A stretch of 64,000 nucleotides of DNA, taken from positions 6,316 through 70,315 of the forward strand of contig JAGGXD010000182.1 in assembly GCA_021163295.1 (NCBI GenBank). Reading direction: 5' to 3'. The translations under genes were made by a program, and so were the position numbers. The notes beneath the pieces were generated by a model. That model saw only the letters and a program-made list of their open reading frames with translations, was not told where the DNA came from and did no database searches. Source of the DNA: Bacteroidales bacterium (GTDB lineage: Bacteria > Bacteroidota > Bacteroidia > Bacteroidales > VadinHA17). Shown here piece after piece: positions 36,826 through 46,036 of this stretch (position 1 is the first letter of the stretch; the number at the start of each line of letters is the position of its first letter).

Positions 36826-36865
36826 CGAGCCTTAAAATAGTTTTTATAACCAAATAAATAATTTT

Positions 36866-37231
36866 ATGTTAAACCAGTACGAAACCGTTTTCATTGCAAC
36901 TCCCGTTTTGTCTGAGACCCAGATGAAGGAAGCGGTTAAAAAAATCAAGCGGATCATCACCGGAGGTGGTGGTGAGATCGTTCATGAAGAAAATTGGGGG
37001 CTTAGAAAGCTTGCATATCCTATTCAGAAGAAGTCCACCGGGTTTTATTACCTTTTAGAATTTCGTTCGGAAGGTGAGCTAATTAATAAATTGGAAACTG
37101 AATACCGTCGTGATGAAAAGATCATCCGGTTCCTGACCTTTAGGATGGACAAGTATTCAATTGCATACAGTGAGAAAAAAAGGAAACAAAAAGAAATCGA
37201 AAAAAATGAGGAGGAATTAAAAAATGGCTAA
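36866..37231 (+). CDS. rpsF: 30S ribosomal protein S6
   Basis: [23 protein letters not shown], a typical S6. Operon order S6-S18-L9. Confidence 0.9.
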   Translation: MLNQYETVFIATPVLSETQMKEAVKKIKRIITGGGGEIVHEENWGLRKLAYPIQKKSTGFYYLLEFRSEGELINKLETEYRRDEKIIRFLTFRMDKYSIAYSEKKRKQKEIEKNEEELKNG

Positions 37232-37490
37232 TGAATCAGAAATAAGATATCTAACCCCCCCTACAGTTGAGGTCAAAAAAGATAAATACTGTCGGTTCCT
37301 TAAAAACAAGATCAAATATATTGATTATAAAGATCCGGAATTTCTAAAAAAATTCCTTAACGAACAAGGAAAAATTCTGCCCAGGAGAATAACCGGAACT
37401 TCGCTTAAGTATCAAAGAAAAGTAGCACAAGCTGTTAAAAGAGCTCGCCACCTGGCACTATTGCCATATGTTACAGACATGCTAAAATAG
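37224..37490 (+). CDS. rpsR: 30S ribosomal protein S18
   Basis: 88 aa. [50 protein letters not shown]. 8-nt overlap with rpsF. Confidence 0.9.
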   Translation: MANESEIRYLTPPTVEVKKDKYCRFLKNKIKYIDYKDPEFLKKFLNEQGKILPRRITGTSLKYQRKVAQAVKRARHLALLPYVTDMLK

Positions 37491-37503
37491 AGGAGGGATA
37501 TAA

Positions 37504-37950
37504 ATGAAAATCATATTATTGGTAGATCAGCCAAATTTGGGTCATAAGGATGATATTGTTACTGTCAAAGATGGCTATGCAAGGAATTTTCTAATTCCGA
37601 AAGGTTATGCAATAATGGCTACTAAATCAGCACTTAAGGTGCATAATGAAAATCAAAGCCAGAGGGCACATAAGGAAGAAAAAATTAAGAATGAAGCAGA
37701 AGCTTTAGCTGCCGAGATGAAAAGCATTACACTTTCTATTGGTGCTAAAACAAGTACAAAAGGCAAAATATTTGGATCGGTTAATACTATTCAAATAGCC
37801 GAAGCTCTTACTGCTAAAGGATTTGAGATTGATCGAAAAAATATATCACTAAAGGAAGAAGCTATTAAAGAAATTGGAAAATATTCTGCAACTATTCATC
37901 TTCATAAGGATGTAACTGTTGAAATTAATTTTGAGATTATCGGTGAATAA
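37504..37950 (+). CDS. rplI: 50S ribosomal protein L9
   Basis: 148 aa. MKIILLVDQPNLGHKDDIVTVKDGYARNFLIPKGYA. Confidence 0.9.
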   Translation: MKIILLVDQPNLGHKDDIVTVKDGYARNFLIPKGYAIMATKSALKVHNENQSQRAHKEEKIKNEAEALAAEMKSITLSIGAKTSTKGKIFGSVNTIQIAEALTAKGFEIDRKNISLKEEAIKEIGKYSATIHLHKDVTVEINFEIIGE

Positions 37951-37957
37951 CTCAATT

Positions 37958-37987
37958 CAGTCGACAGTCTGCAGTCCACAGTCGGCA
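37958..37987 (+). repeat. Heptamer tandem repeat CAGTCNN x4
   Basis: cagtcga cagtctg cagtcca cagtcgg ca, starting 8 nt after the rplI stop. Related words occur at 4033-4043, 41063-41078 and (minus strand) 39288-39310. Confidence 0.8.
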
Positions 37988-38086
37988 AAATACAGACTAA
38001 CCTTAAAAATCAGATATAGGAGAATTTAAGCATTCTGTGTTTCTTTTTGCGAATATCCATTATTAATAATACAGACTAAAAGATTA

Positions 38087-38635
38087 TTAATCAACAATAT
38101 TCCTGAAATCATCAATTTTCACCTTGTTGGTCAACATTGAGATTTGATCATATGTTAGATTCCCGACAATGCTTAATCCCAGGAACGAATCTTCTTCCTT
38201 CATAAGCATCATAATTTCATCAATATTTTCAGTTTTACCTTCATGTATCTTGAACTGTACCGAATGATCACTATTATTAATCATTAACAAATCTTCAAAA
38301 TTTTCTTCAGAGAGTTTTTGATTAAAATCTTCAAGAATTATATCCCGTTTTTCAGATCCTGAACTTTTATCACAAATAATAACTTTAATCATTTCCATTT
38401 CAGCCAGTAATTCCACTAAATCAGTCTCATCTGATTTATCAAGCAGAAGATTAACAAGTCCCGGTGGAATACGAAAAATATAAATTCCTGCATCTCCTTC
38501 ATATTTCTCAAAAATATCTCTGGCAGCTTTCCCCCGATTATTCTGACATGATGAATTTAAAATTAGCAGAACTGCTGTTATTACCAGAAAGATAAGTCCA
38601 AACTCTTTTTTTATGCTGTTAATTCTATAAACCAT
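38087..38635 (-). CDS. DUF4252-like secreted protein (divergent copy 3)
   Basis: 182 aa with a signal/lipobox-like N-terminus. Same architecture as the two paralogs (..IFEKYEGDAGIYIFRIP.., C-terminal ..QISMLTNKVKI..). Confidence 0.5.
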   Translation of the reverse strand: MVYRINSIKKEFGLIFLVITAVLLILNSSCQNNRGKAARDIFEKYEGDAGIYIFRIPPGLVNLLLDKSDETDLVELLAEMEMIKVIICDKSSGSEKRDIILEDFNQKLSEENFEDLLMINNSDHSVQFKIHEGKTENIDEIMMLMKEEDSFLGLSIVGNLTYDQISMLTNKVKIDDFRNIVD

Positions 38636-38637
38636 TT

Positions 38638-39168
38638 TTATTCATTTTTATCAATTTTTTCCAGTTCATCAAGCCCTTCTATATTCATGGATTTTGAGAG
38701 TTTGGAAATACTTTTCAAGTCAATAATCCCTCTAATTGAAATCAGTGCATTATTCCCTTCTCCACCGATAACCAGCAATAATTCAACAATAACACCTTCC
38801 TTTTCTTTAACGAGAAATTTTACATCCTGATCTTTATCTTTTACAACCATTAGTTCTTCATATTCATCTAAAGAAAGTTCATCCATTATTTCTTTATGAA
38901 AATTAATACCAGGATTAAGTAAGGATTCATCTTCAGTTGTCAGAATTTTAATGCTTTTGATATTACTGATCATATTATTAAATTCATCATCGCCAGCTTC
39001 CATATCAGAAAACATACTAAACATTTTACTGGATATTAGTACAGTTGTAAATCCGTCTTTACCACCATACTTTTCAAAAAGCTTATCCACCGGATCTTTC
39101 TGTGCAAATGCGCTTAATGATATCATAATCAGAATAAACGCATTGATAATAATTTTGTTTGTTTTCAT
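38638..39168 (-). CDS. DUF4252-like secreted protein (copy 2)
   Basis: Trimmed to the ATG at 39168 (MKTNKIIINAFILIMISLSAFAQ). KLFEKYGGKDGFTTVLISSKMFSMF and IDLKSISKLSKSM are shared with the 40447-40971 product. Confidence 0.6.
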   Translation of the reverse strand: MKTNKIIINAFILIMISLSAFAQKDPVDKLFEKYGGKDGFTTVLISSKMFSMFSDMEAGDDEFNNMISNIKSIKILTTEDESLLNPGINFHKEIMDELSLDEYEELMVVKDKDQDVKFLVKEKEGVIVELLLVIGGEGNNALISIRGIIDLKSISKLSKSMNIEGLDELEKIDKNE

Positions 39169-39311
39169 TATTTTATTTTTTTTATAATTTATTAGCCGAT
39201 ATTTTATCACCTTATTTTCAAGTATATTAAGTTTCTAAAACCAGTTACTATTTTGTTATTATTGTTTGATTGTTACTTTCTTTTTTACCGATTGTCGACT
39301 GCTATTGACTA

Positions 39312-39911
39312 TTAATTGTTTTTTTCGATTGGATTAATAATTCTTGATAAATTATTCAAATTTTTCATCCCTGTTCCGAAAAGTGAGATTGTATAAATGC
39401 TTTTTGTGCTGTATTCAATTTTAGAAATATTACTTAATGGCTTTGTTGCTTCATCCAATTTCCCAATAACATAGAGGTCTTTTGTTCCCTTGTTAAGTTT
39501 AGCAGATACAAAAAGAAGTGTTTCTTTTGTTTGCACATAGGCAATTTCCGGATTATCATAAGTGTCCTGCATTGCGGTATCAAAAATAAAAGCAAAATAT
39601 GCAACTGTAAGTAATGCTACAACTGCAGCAGCACTGCTTACCATATAAAGTATCTTCCTGCGGTTTGTAAATCGTTTTGCTTCTTCCTGTTCTGCTCCTT
39701 TAATAGTTTTTATAATTTTATTTTCAAGTTCCTTGTCACCTATTTCACCCTTACCTCCAACATGATAATAAGTAAACATCTCCTGCTCAGCCCACAAATG
39801 ACGGGGAACATCATTTGTAGTAAAGAAATCCTTTAACTCCTTTTCTTCTTCAATTGCAGAAACTCCACTATAGAATTTTTGCAACAGAAGTTCTATTCTC
39901 TTTATATCCAT
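39312..39911 (-). CDS. Putative anti-sigma factor / single-pass membrane protein
   Basis: Trimmed to the ATG at 39911 (MDIKRIELLLQKFYSG). One TM (ILYMVSSAAAVVALLTVAYFAFIF). Overlaps the sigma gene 3' end by 44 nt. Confidence 0.5.
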   Translation of the reverse strand: MDIKRIELLLQKFYSGVSAIEEEKELKDFFTTNDVPRHLWAEQEMFTYYHVGGKGEIGDKELENKIIKTIKGAEQEEAKRFTNRRKILYMVSSAAAVVALLTVAYFAFIFDTAMQDTYDNPEIAYVQTKETLLFVSAKLNKGTKDLYVIGKLDEATKPLSNISKIEYSTKSIYTISLFGTGMKNLNNLSRIINPIEKNN

Positions 39912-40413
39912 TCTGGTAAAGTTTATTAAGTTCTTCTCTAACTTTTGTCCTTGCCCGTGACACAGATACCCTGAGTGTATTAACATTCTCTTTCATTATT
40001 TCACTTATCTCATGATAACTATGTCCCTCAATATCCCTTAGATGTATTACCATCCTCTGTTGCTCAGGCAGATTATTAATAATATCTTTTACATGTGATA
40101 CAGCATCTTTCAAATCAAGCTTCCTGTCTGCTGTATCGTCAACCATTACCGGGTCGTTATGATAATAATTATCTTCAACTAAAACAGTATGTGTTGTCCT
40201 GATCTTATCCAGGCAATAGTTTCTTGTAACGGTCATTGCAAAAGCTTCCAGACTCCTGTACCTTCCTAGCTTATTTCTTAATTTCCAAAGTTTTAGAAAC
40301 ACTTCCTGAATTGCATCCTCTGCTTCCTCCCTCCGTTTCAATATTCTGAATGCAAAAGCGAAAAGTTTGTTACTGAGTGGCAAAATCGTATTATTAAATT
40401 CTTCGCTATTCAT
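39868..40413 (-). CDS. ECF-type RNA polymerase sigma-70 family factor
   Basis: 181 aa. Region 2 (AEDAIQEVFLKLW) and region 4 HTH (LPEQQRMVIHLRDIEGHSYHEISEIM). Confidence 0.85.
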   Translation of the reverse strand: MNSEEFNNTILPLSNKLFAFAFRILKRREEAEDAIQEVFLKLWKLRNKLGRYRSLEAFAMTVTRNYCLDKIRTTHTVLVEDNYYHNDPVMVDDTADRKLDLKDAVSHVKDIINNLPEQQRMVIHLRDIEGHSYHEISEIMKENVNTLRVSVSRARTKVREELNKLYQNGYKENRTSVAKIL

Positions 40414-40446
40414 AATTCAGGAAAATCGAAATTTACTAAAAAAAAT

Positions 40447-40971
40447 CTACTTCTCTTCTTCTTCCAGCTTTTCTAAGTATTCCATTCCTGTGCCCTCCAT
40501 TGAAGAAGCAAGTTTGGAAATATGTTTCAAATCGATATTTCCTGTAATGCATATAAGAGCATTATTATCTTTCCCTCCTACAACAAGAAGAAGTTCAGTG
40601 ATTATCCCATTCTTTTCCTTTGAGAGAAATTTAACATCCTGGTCCTTTTCCTTAACAACAAGTAACTCGTCATATTCCTCAATTGGTAATTCATCCATAA
40701 TTTCTTTATAGAAATTTAGACCATCCTCATTGATGAATTCAGAATCTGAAGCAAGGATTTTGATAGTTTCAAGCTTGTCAACCAGTCCGTCAACTTCCGG
40801 ATCATCCAGGTCCATCTCTCCAACCATTTTAAAAAGGTTCTTTGAGATATACACTGTCGTAAAACCATCTTTTTCCGCATATTTTTCAAATAGTTTATTT
40901 ACGCTTGAATGCTGTGAAAAAACCAATAGCGGAAAAACTGAAATTAAAACAATTAATTTTAACTTTTTCAT
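40447..40971 (-). CDS. DUF4252-like secreted protein (copy 1)
   Basis: 174 aa with a signal peptide. KLFEKYAEKDGFTTVYISKNLFKMV and IDLKHISKLASSM. Confidence 0.6.
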   Translation of the reverse strand: MKKLKLIVLISVFPLLVFSQHSSVNKLFEKYAEKDGFTTVYISKNLFKMVGEMDLDDPEVDGLVDKLETIKILASDSEFINEDGLNFYKEIMDELPIEEYDELLVVKEKDQDVKFLSKEKNGIITELLLVVGGKDNNALICITGNIDLKHISKLASSMEGTGMEYLEKLEEEEK

Positions 40972-41113
40972 AATTCAGTAATTTAAATTAGTAATAATTT
41001 TATTATTATCTCTATTAAATAGACGAACCGGAGGGAAATTCATTACATACATAGTAAAAAATCAGTTGGCAGTCTGCAAAAAAGCCGGTAGAATGAAAAC
41101 TTCAGCCAATTAA

Positions 41114-41151
41114 CCCCGGTGAAATATGCTCCTTCGTTGCATTTCACGGGG
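41114..41151 (-). terminator. Terminator-like hairpin downstream of the thioesterase gene
   Basis: 11-bp stem with one bulge (CCCCG(G)TGAAAT / ATTTCACGGGG) and a 15-nt loop, flanked on both sides by CCAATTAAC words. The downstream U-tract is modest. Confidence 0.4.
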
Positions 41152-41219
41152 CAAGCAAATTAACCAATTAACATACAATTTGAAATAATAAGCAGGAGCT
41201 GTCGGTTGTCCGAAAAAAG

Positions 41220-41630
41220 TTACAGATTAAAGAAAGGTTTCATTTTTTCGAGAAATACAATCGGTGGCCGGGTAGGTTTACGGGTATTATTGTTCATGAA
41301 AATCAATGTTGTATTCCCGGTAACTACAAGTTTTCCGGTTTCATTAAGAATTTCATAATTGAAAAGTATTCTTACTGAAGGCATTACCGGAATAGTAGTT
41401 TTTATTGTCAGGAGATCATCGTAAACGGCCGGATGATGATATTTTATTTGCAATTCAGTAACAGGAAGTATTATTCCGCTTTTTTCAATTGACAGGTATG
41501 TAAGGTTAAATTCACGCATCAGGTTAGTACGACCCACTTCAAAATAAAGCGGATAATTGCCGTAATAAACAACCCCCATTTGGTCTGTTTCACCATATCT
41601 TACCCTCACCTGTGTTTCTGCTGAATACAT
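41220..41630 (-). CDS. Acyl-CoA thioesterase, YbgC/4HBT family
   Basis: 136 aa. VRVRYGETDQMGVVYYGNYPLYFEVGR hot-dog fold signature. Confidence 0.8.
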   Translation of the reverse strand: MYSAETQVRVRYGETDQMGVVYYGNYPLYFEVGRTNLMREFNLTYLSIEKSGIILPVTELQIKYHHPAVYDDLLTIKTTIPVMPSVRILFNYEILNETGKLVVTGNTTLIFMNNNTRKPTRPPIVFLEKMKPFFNL

Positions 41631-41639
41631 AAAATTTAC

Positions 41640-41674
41640 AATTTTTAATTTTTAATTTCTAATTTTTAATTTCA
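41640..41674. repeat. Heptamer tandem repeat AATTTTT x5 immediately upstream of the thioesterase start codon
   Basis: aattttt aattttt aatttct aattttt aatttca. The start codon is at 41630. Confidence 0.8.
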
Positions 41675-41740
41675 TTGTGCTATGTGGACAGATACTAATT
41701 AGCGGTTAATGACAAATAAGTTTTTGACTTTAAAAACATG

Positions 41741-42559
41741 TTATTCAAAAGGAGAGTTAGGTTCTTTTGCCAGGTGTTTATAAAAAAGTTTGTCAAGGTA
41801 CGATGGAAAACATTTTTTCATAATAGCAGAACCCTTTCCAATAAAAGTAAGAAGTACCCTTTTTTTCTTTTTTTGTATCCCTTTTAAAATAGCTTTGGCT
41901 ACTTCGTCAGGCAGCATCATTTTGCCTTCCTTCCGCGGAGACTCTCCCTGAAGTGACCCGTCGGCAACAAGAGCAGACCTTCTGACATTCGATGCTGTGA
42001 ATCCCGGGATTACCAGCAAAACATGCAGGTCTGTTTTGAGATTTTCAATTCGAAGGGAACTCATAAATCCATGCATTGCATGTTTTGATGCTGAATAACC
42101 TATTCGTCCCGGCATGCCATGAAACCCTGCAACTGAGGACACTCCGACAACAAACCCTTTATTCTCCATTAGGTAAGGAAGTGCATACTTAGTGCAATAA
42201 ACAGTTCCGAAAAAATTTACCTCCATTAATGTGCGGATCACTTTAAGATCAACATCCTTGAACAAAGCTCTCATAGAAATACCGGCATTATTAATAAGAA
42301 TATCAATTGTTTTAAAATGGCTAACGGTTTCTTCAATCAGGTTCCGGCAATCCTGTTCTAAGCTCACATCAGTTTTTACAGCAAAAACATCTGCTCCTTT
42401 TTTTTCGAGCTCATTTACAATGTTATCGAGTTTATTTTTATTCCTGGCAGCAAGGACTATTTTTGCTCCTTTTTCAGCCAGGAGACGTGCAGTAGCCAAA
42501 CCGATTCCCGAAGAAGATCCAGTGACAATAACAACTTTATTTAAGAAAAAATCTCTCAT
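41741..42559 (-). CDS. Short-chain dehydrogenase/reductase (SDR)
   Basis: 272 aa. VVIVTGSSSGIGLATA (TGxxxGxG), NNAG, and YSASKHAM (YxxxK). Confidence 0.85.
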   Translation of the reverse strand: MRDFFLNKVVIVTGSSSGIGLATARLLAEKGAKIVLAARNKNKLDNIVNELEKKGADVFAVKTDVSLEQDCRNLIEETVSHFKTIDILINNAGISMRALFKDVDLKVIRTLMEVNFFGTVYCTKYALPYLMENKGFVVGVSSVAGFHGMPGRIGYSASKHAMHGFMSSLRIENLKTDLHVLLVIPGFTASNVRRSALVADGSLQGESPRKEGKMMLPDEVAKAILKGIQKKKKRVLLTFIGKGSAIMKKCFPSYLDKLFYKHLAKEPNSPFE

Positions 42560-42679
42560 TTTTTTTATAATTAACTAACAATACAAAGTTAAAAATATTC
42601 AGGAAAATAAGTTAGGAAAAAAACTGTATAAACCTTTTGCAAATAAAGATAATGATATTACTTTTGCGGACAATCTAAC

Positions 42680-42752
42680 GATTCAGTAGCTCAGTTGGTA
42701 GAGCACATCCCTTTTAAGGATGGGGTCCTGGGTTCGAGACCCAGCTGGATCA
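42680..42752 (+). tRNA. tRNA-Lys (anticodon UUU)
   Basis: Hand-folded cloverleaf. Acceptor GATTCAG/CTGGATC (one G-U), D-arm GCTC..GAGC, anticodon stem CATCC/GGATG with loop CTTTTAA (TTT at 42713-42715), T-arm CTGGG-TTCGAGA-CCCAG. CCA is not encoded. Confidence 0.9.
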
Positions 42753-42761
42753 CACATAAAG

Positions 42762-42784
42762 CCCCTGCTTTTAAGGGGTTTTTT
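42762..42784 (+). terminator. Intrinsic terminator after tRNA-Lys
   Basis: CCCCT-GCTTTTA-AGGGG followed by TTTTTT. Confidence 0.65.
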
Positions 42785-42808
42785 GCTATTAACTCAAATC
42801 GTTAGAAA

Positions 42809-43927
42809 ATGGATGCCGAGGTTACAATTATTGGTGCGGGTGTAATTGGATTGTCTGTGTCTGCAGCTTTATCAGGTTGTAAAGGGCCTGTGTTTGTTAT
42901 TGATCGGAATCTTTCATTCGGACAGGAAACCAGTAGCAGGAACAGTGAAGTAATACATTCCGGGATATACTATCCTATTAGATCCCTTAAAGGGAAACTG
43001 TGCACGGAAGGAAAGAAGAAGATATATGACTATTGTAACAAAAATGATATCTCATACCGGAAATGTGGAAAACTGATTGTAGCTTCAAAAACAGGAGATA
43101 CACAAAAATTACTCGAAATTCTAAAAAGGTCGCAGAGAAATGGAGTTACAGATGGAAGAATAATTGAAAAGGATGAAATTGCAGAGATTGAACCATATGT
43201 AAAAGCAACAACGGCATTATACTTTCCCACATCAGGAATCATTGATTCTCATAATTTGATGAAACAGCTTGAAGCAGATTCGGTTATTGGTGGTTCGCAA
43301 ATGGTTTACGGAGCTGAGGTTGTTGGTATAAAAAAAATTAAAGATGGTTACCGCATTAATCTTATTGATGCTGATAAACAAAAATTTGATTTTTCCACTA
43401 AAATGATCATTAATGCTGCCGGACTTGATGCTGGTAAAATTGCCGGATACCTTGGTGTTAATGATCCGGATTACAGGGTATATTACTGGAAGGGTGAGTA
43501 TTTCGGAGTGGGAAATGGTAAGAATAAATATGTAAACAGTTTGATATATCCTGTTCCTGAGCCAAATACAGTTGGCCTGGGAATTCATACCACAGTTGAT
43601 CTTGGTGGCGGATTAAAACTCGGACCTAATGCAATTTGGCTCTCTGATAATAATCCGGACTTAAAAGTTGACCCTTCGCATTCAGTGCATTTTTATGAAT
43701 CAGTCAGAAATATTCTTCCTTTCATTGAGTTAGATGATCTTACACCAGATCAAGCCGGGATCCGTACGAAACTCCAAAAACCCGGGGACCCTGTCAGAGA
43801 TTTTATTATAAACGAGGAGACCAACAGAAACCTGCCGGGATTTGTAAATCTGCTTGGCATTGAATCTCCCGGACTTACTGCATGTCTTGCTATTGCTGAC
43901 TATGTTAAAGATTTACTCGCCCTTTAA
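42809..43927 (+). CDS. FAD-dependent oxidoreductase (DAO family; L-2-hydroxyglutarate oxidase/dehydrogenase-like)
   Basis: 372 aa. N-terminal VTIIGAGVIGLSVS Rossmann motif and SSRNSEVIHSGIYYP. Confidence 0.6.
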   Translation: MDAEVTIIGAGVIGLSVSAALSGCKGPVFVIDRNLSFGQETSSRNSEVIHSGIYYPIRSLKGKLCTEGKKKIYDYCNKNDISYRKCGKLIVASKTGDTQKLLEILKRSQRNGVTDGRIIEKDEIAEIEPYVKATTALYFPTSGIIDSHNLMKQLEADSVIGGSQMVYGAEVVGIKKIKDGYRINLIDADKQKFDFSTKMIINAAGLDAGKIAGYLGVNDPDYRVYYWKGEYFGVGNGKNKYVNSLIYPVPEPNTVGLGIHTTVDLGGGLKLGPNAIWLSDNNPDLKVDPSHSVHFYESVRNILPFIELDDLTPDQAGIRTKLQKPGDPVRDFIINEETNRNLPGFVNLLGIESPGLTACLAIADYVKDLLAL

Positions 43928-44705
43928 GTTTTTCCAAGTCCTTCTTTAATCCTGCAACAGTTGACATAAGATGGCTTTCAGGGATCATTGGATCAGGGAC
44001 TTCATTGCTTATATAATTAACAAATTTCCATATTTCTTTTACATCGTTAATATGAACATCATAGGGTTCGTAAAGGGGGTTTAGTGAGTATAATCTCAGA
44101 ACCTGCCTTTCTTTTACTAAATCCTCAATGACTTTAAATACGATCCCGTCATCCATCGTAAAAACTATATATGCATGCCCACTGACAATATCCTTCCAGT
44201 CCTGCACATACTCCCCGGTAACCCATGAGCCATCAGGGATAGGTAACATTGAATCTCCTTTTAAATGAAATGTTCTGTACTTACGTTCCCGCGAGAGAAA
44301 AGGCAACTTAAATGTAGGCAGCTCTGAGATGAATTCAGGATCAGCATAACCTGTACGGTATCCTGCTTTGGCTTTTTCAGGCACAAGCTCAATATTCTCA
44401 TCGTTTTCAGAATCTACTGTTGTAGCCAGTACCCGCAACTTGCTTCCTTTGATATATACATCATACCCACCCTCTAATTGCCTTAACTGGCTTTCAGGCA
44501 ACTCGTTGAGGTTTATCCTGATAAGTGTATCAATTGAAATATTAAAAAATTTGGAAAAAACCAGCAGGGTAGCAATATTTGGATACGCAACCCCATTTTC
44601 ATAACCACTAAGAGTTGAACGTTTTATATTCAAAGCATGAGCAACGTCATCCTGGGTACGTCCACGCCGTTTTCTTAAAAATTTAATATTTGTATTAAAA
44701 TGCAT
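43905..44705 (-). CDS. LexA-like repressor: XRE-type HTH fused to S24 peptidase domain
   Basis: 266 aa. N-terminal HTH (RGRTQDDVAHALNIKRSTLSGYENG) and a C-terminal S24 domain with GDSMLP. Divergent from the polymerase genes. Confidence 0.75.
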   Translation of the reverse strand: MHFNTNIKFLRKRRGRTQDDVAHALNIKRSTLSGYENGVAYPNIATLLVFSKFFNISIDTLIRINLNELPESQLRQLEGGYDVYIKGSKLRVLATTVDSENDENIELVPEKAKAGYRTGYADPEFISELPTFKLPFLSRERKYRTFHLKGDSMLPIPDGSWVTGEYVQDWKDIVSGHAYIVFTMDDGIVFKVIEDLVKERQVLRLYSLNPLYEPYDVHINDVKEIWKFVNYISNEVPDPMIPESHLMSTVAGLKKDLEKLKGRVNL

Positions 44706-44741
44706 GGTGAATAATATTTTTTTTGCAATATAATAAAAAAA

Positions 44742-44779
44742 GATTATATTATAATCAAAAAAATGATTATATTCTAATC
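44742..44779. promoter_or_regulatory. Two copies of a 15-bp palindrome GATTATA-T-TATAATC (candidate SOS-box-like operators)
   Basis: Perfect palindrome at 44742-44756. A second copy, GATTATATTCTAATC, at 44765-44779 has one mismatch. They lie between the LexA-like gene (ATG 44705) and the Y-family polymerase (ATG 44831). Confidence 0.55.
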
Positions 44780-44830
44780 AAAAATAGATTAAAGTATTGA
44801 CAAATACAAGTTTTTGTGAATATTTTTTAT

Positions 44831-46036
44831 ATGGAAACAGGAAATAGAATTATTGCGCATTTTGATCTTGATGCTTTTTTTGTATCGGTAGAGAGATTAA
44901 AGAACAGTAAATTGCAGGGAAAGCCTGTGGTTATAGGAGGTACTTCAGATCGTGGTGTGGTTGCCGGTTGTAGCTATGAAGCAAGAGAATTCGGGGTACA
45001 TTCAGCTATGCCCATGAAGATGGTACGTAACCTGTGTCCTGATGCACTGGTGATTCGTGGCGATATGGAACTTTACAGTAAGTATTCACACCTGGTTACA
45101 GATATTATTGCAGAAAAGGCGCCGGTATACGAAAAAGCTTCAATTGATGAGCATTATATTGATATTACAGGAATGGATCGCTTTTTTGGATGCCTGGCAT
45201 GGACAAAAGAACTGCGTAATGATATTATTAATAACACCGGGCTTCCTGTTTCATTCGGATTGTCAGTAAACAAGACTATTTCTAAGATCGCTGCAGGAGA
45301 AGCTAAGCCTAACGGGGAACTTGAGATACCCGGCAAAAAGGTAAAATCATTTATCTTCCCATTGTCTATCAGGAAGATACCCATGATAGGAAATAAAACA
45401 TTTCATCTGTTGCGATCCATGGGAGTATCTACTATTGAAACATTGAGCGGCATACCTGTAGATATGATGGAACGTCTGCTTGGAAAAAACGGGATTGTCA
45501 TCTGGAAAAAAGCCAATGGTATTGATACAACACCTGTAATCCGTTACTCAGAACGAAAATCGATAAGTACAGAGCGTACCTTTGAAAAAGACAGCACCGA
45601 TATTATCAAACTGAATCAGATACTGGTAGCTATGGTAGAAAAAATCACATATGAACTGAGGAAAAAGCAAAAACTCACATCATGCGTGACAGTGAAGATC
45701 AGGTACTCAAATTTCGACACACATACTTTGCAAAAAAGAATATCATACACTTCATTCGATCATGTACTGATAGAAACTGCCAGGGAGTTATTCGGCAGAT
45801 TATATTATCGCAGAATGCTGGTACGCTTGATTGGTGTGTGTTTTAGCCACCTGGTAAATGGCGTACAACAACTTAACATGTTTGAAGATACACAGGAGAT
45901 GGCAAGACTTTACCTGACTATGGATAAACTGCGTAACAGGTTTGGTAAATATGCAATAAGAAGAGCTGTAGGAGTAAAAACCCCGGCTGAAACTGAAGCT
46001 TATCTAAAAGTAAAAGCACAGGCAAATGTATCTTAA
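44831..46036 (+). CDS. Y-family DNA polymerase (DinB/Pol IV-like; occupies ImuB position of a mutagenesis cassette)
   Basis: The ORF track starts at GTG 44816; I prefer the ATG at 44831 (METGNRIIAHFDLDAFFVSVE). Catalytic acidic motifs are retained (FDLDAFF, ASIDEHYIDIT). 11-nt overlap with the next gene. Confidence 0.8.
   Translation: METGNRIIAHFDLDAFFVSVERLKNSKLQGKPVVIGGTSDRGVVAGCSYEAREFGVHSAMPMKMVRNLCPDALVIRGDMELYSKYSHLVTDIIAEKAPVYEKASIDEHYIDITGMDRFFGCLAWTKELRNDIINNTGLPVSFGLSVNKTISKIAAGEAKPNGELEIPGKKVKSFIFPLSIRKIPMIGNKTFHLLRSMGVSTIETLSGIPVDMMERLLGKNGIVIWKKANGIDTTPVIRYSERKSISTERTFEKDSTDIIKLNQILVAMVEKITYELRKKQKLTSCVTVKIRYSNFDTHTLQKRISYTSFDHVLIETARELFGRLYYRRMLVRLIGVCFSHLVNGVQQLNMFEDTQEMARLYLTMDKLRNRFGKYAIRRAVGVKTPAETEAYLKVKAQANVS

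Noticed and set aside
36497-36865. An SRP/4.5S RNA upstream of dnaX (as in Bacillus), or an S6:S18-binding rpsF leader, in the 370-nt spacer.
   Set aside because: I could not find the SRP domain IV consensus on either strand. I also found no convincing helix resembling the 16S S6/S18 site. Only a promoter-like TTTG-19-TATTTTTG is supportable.
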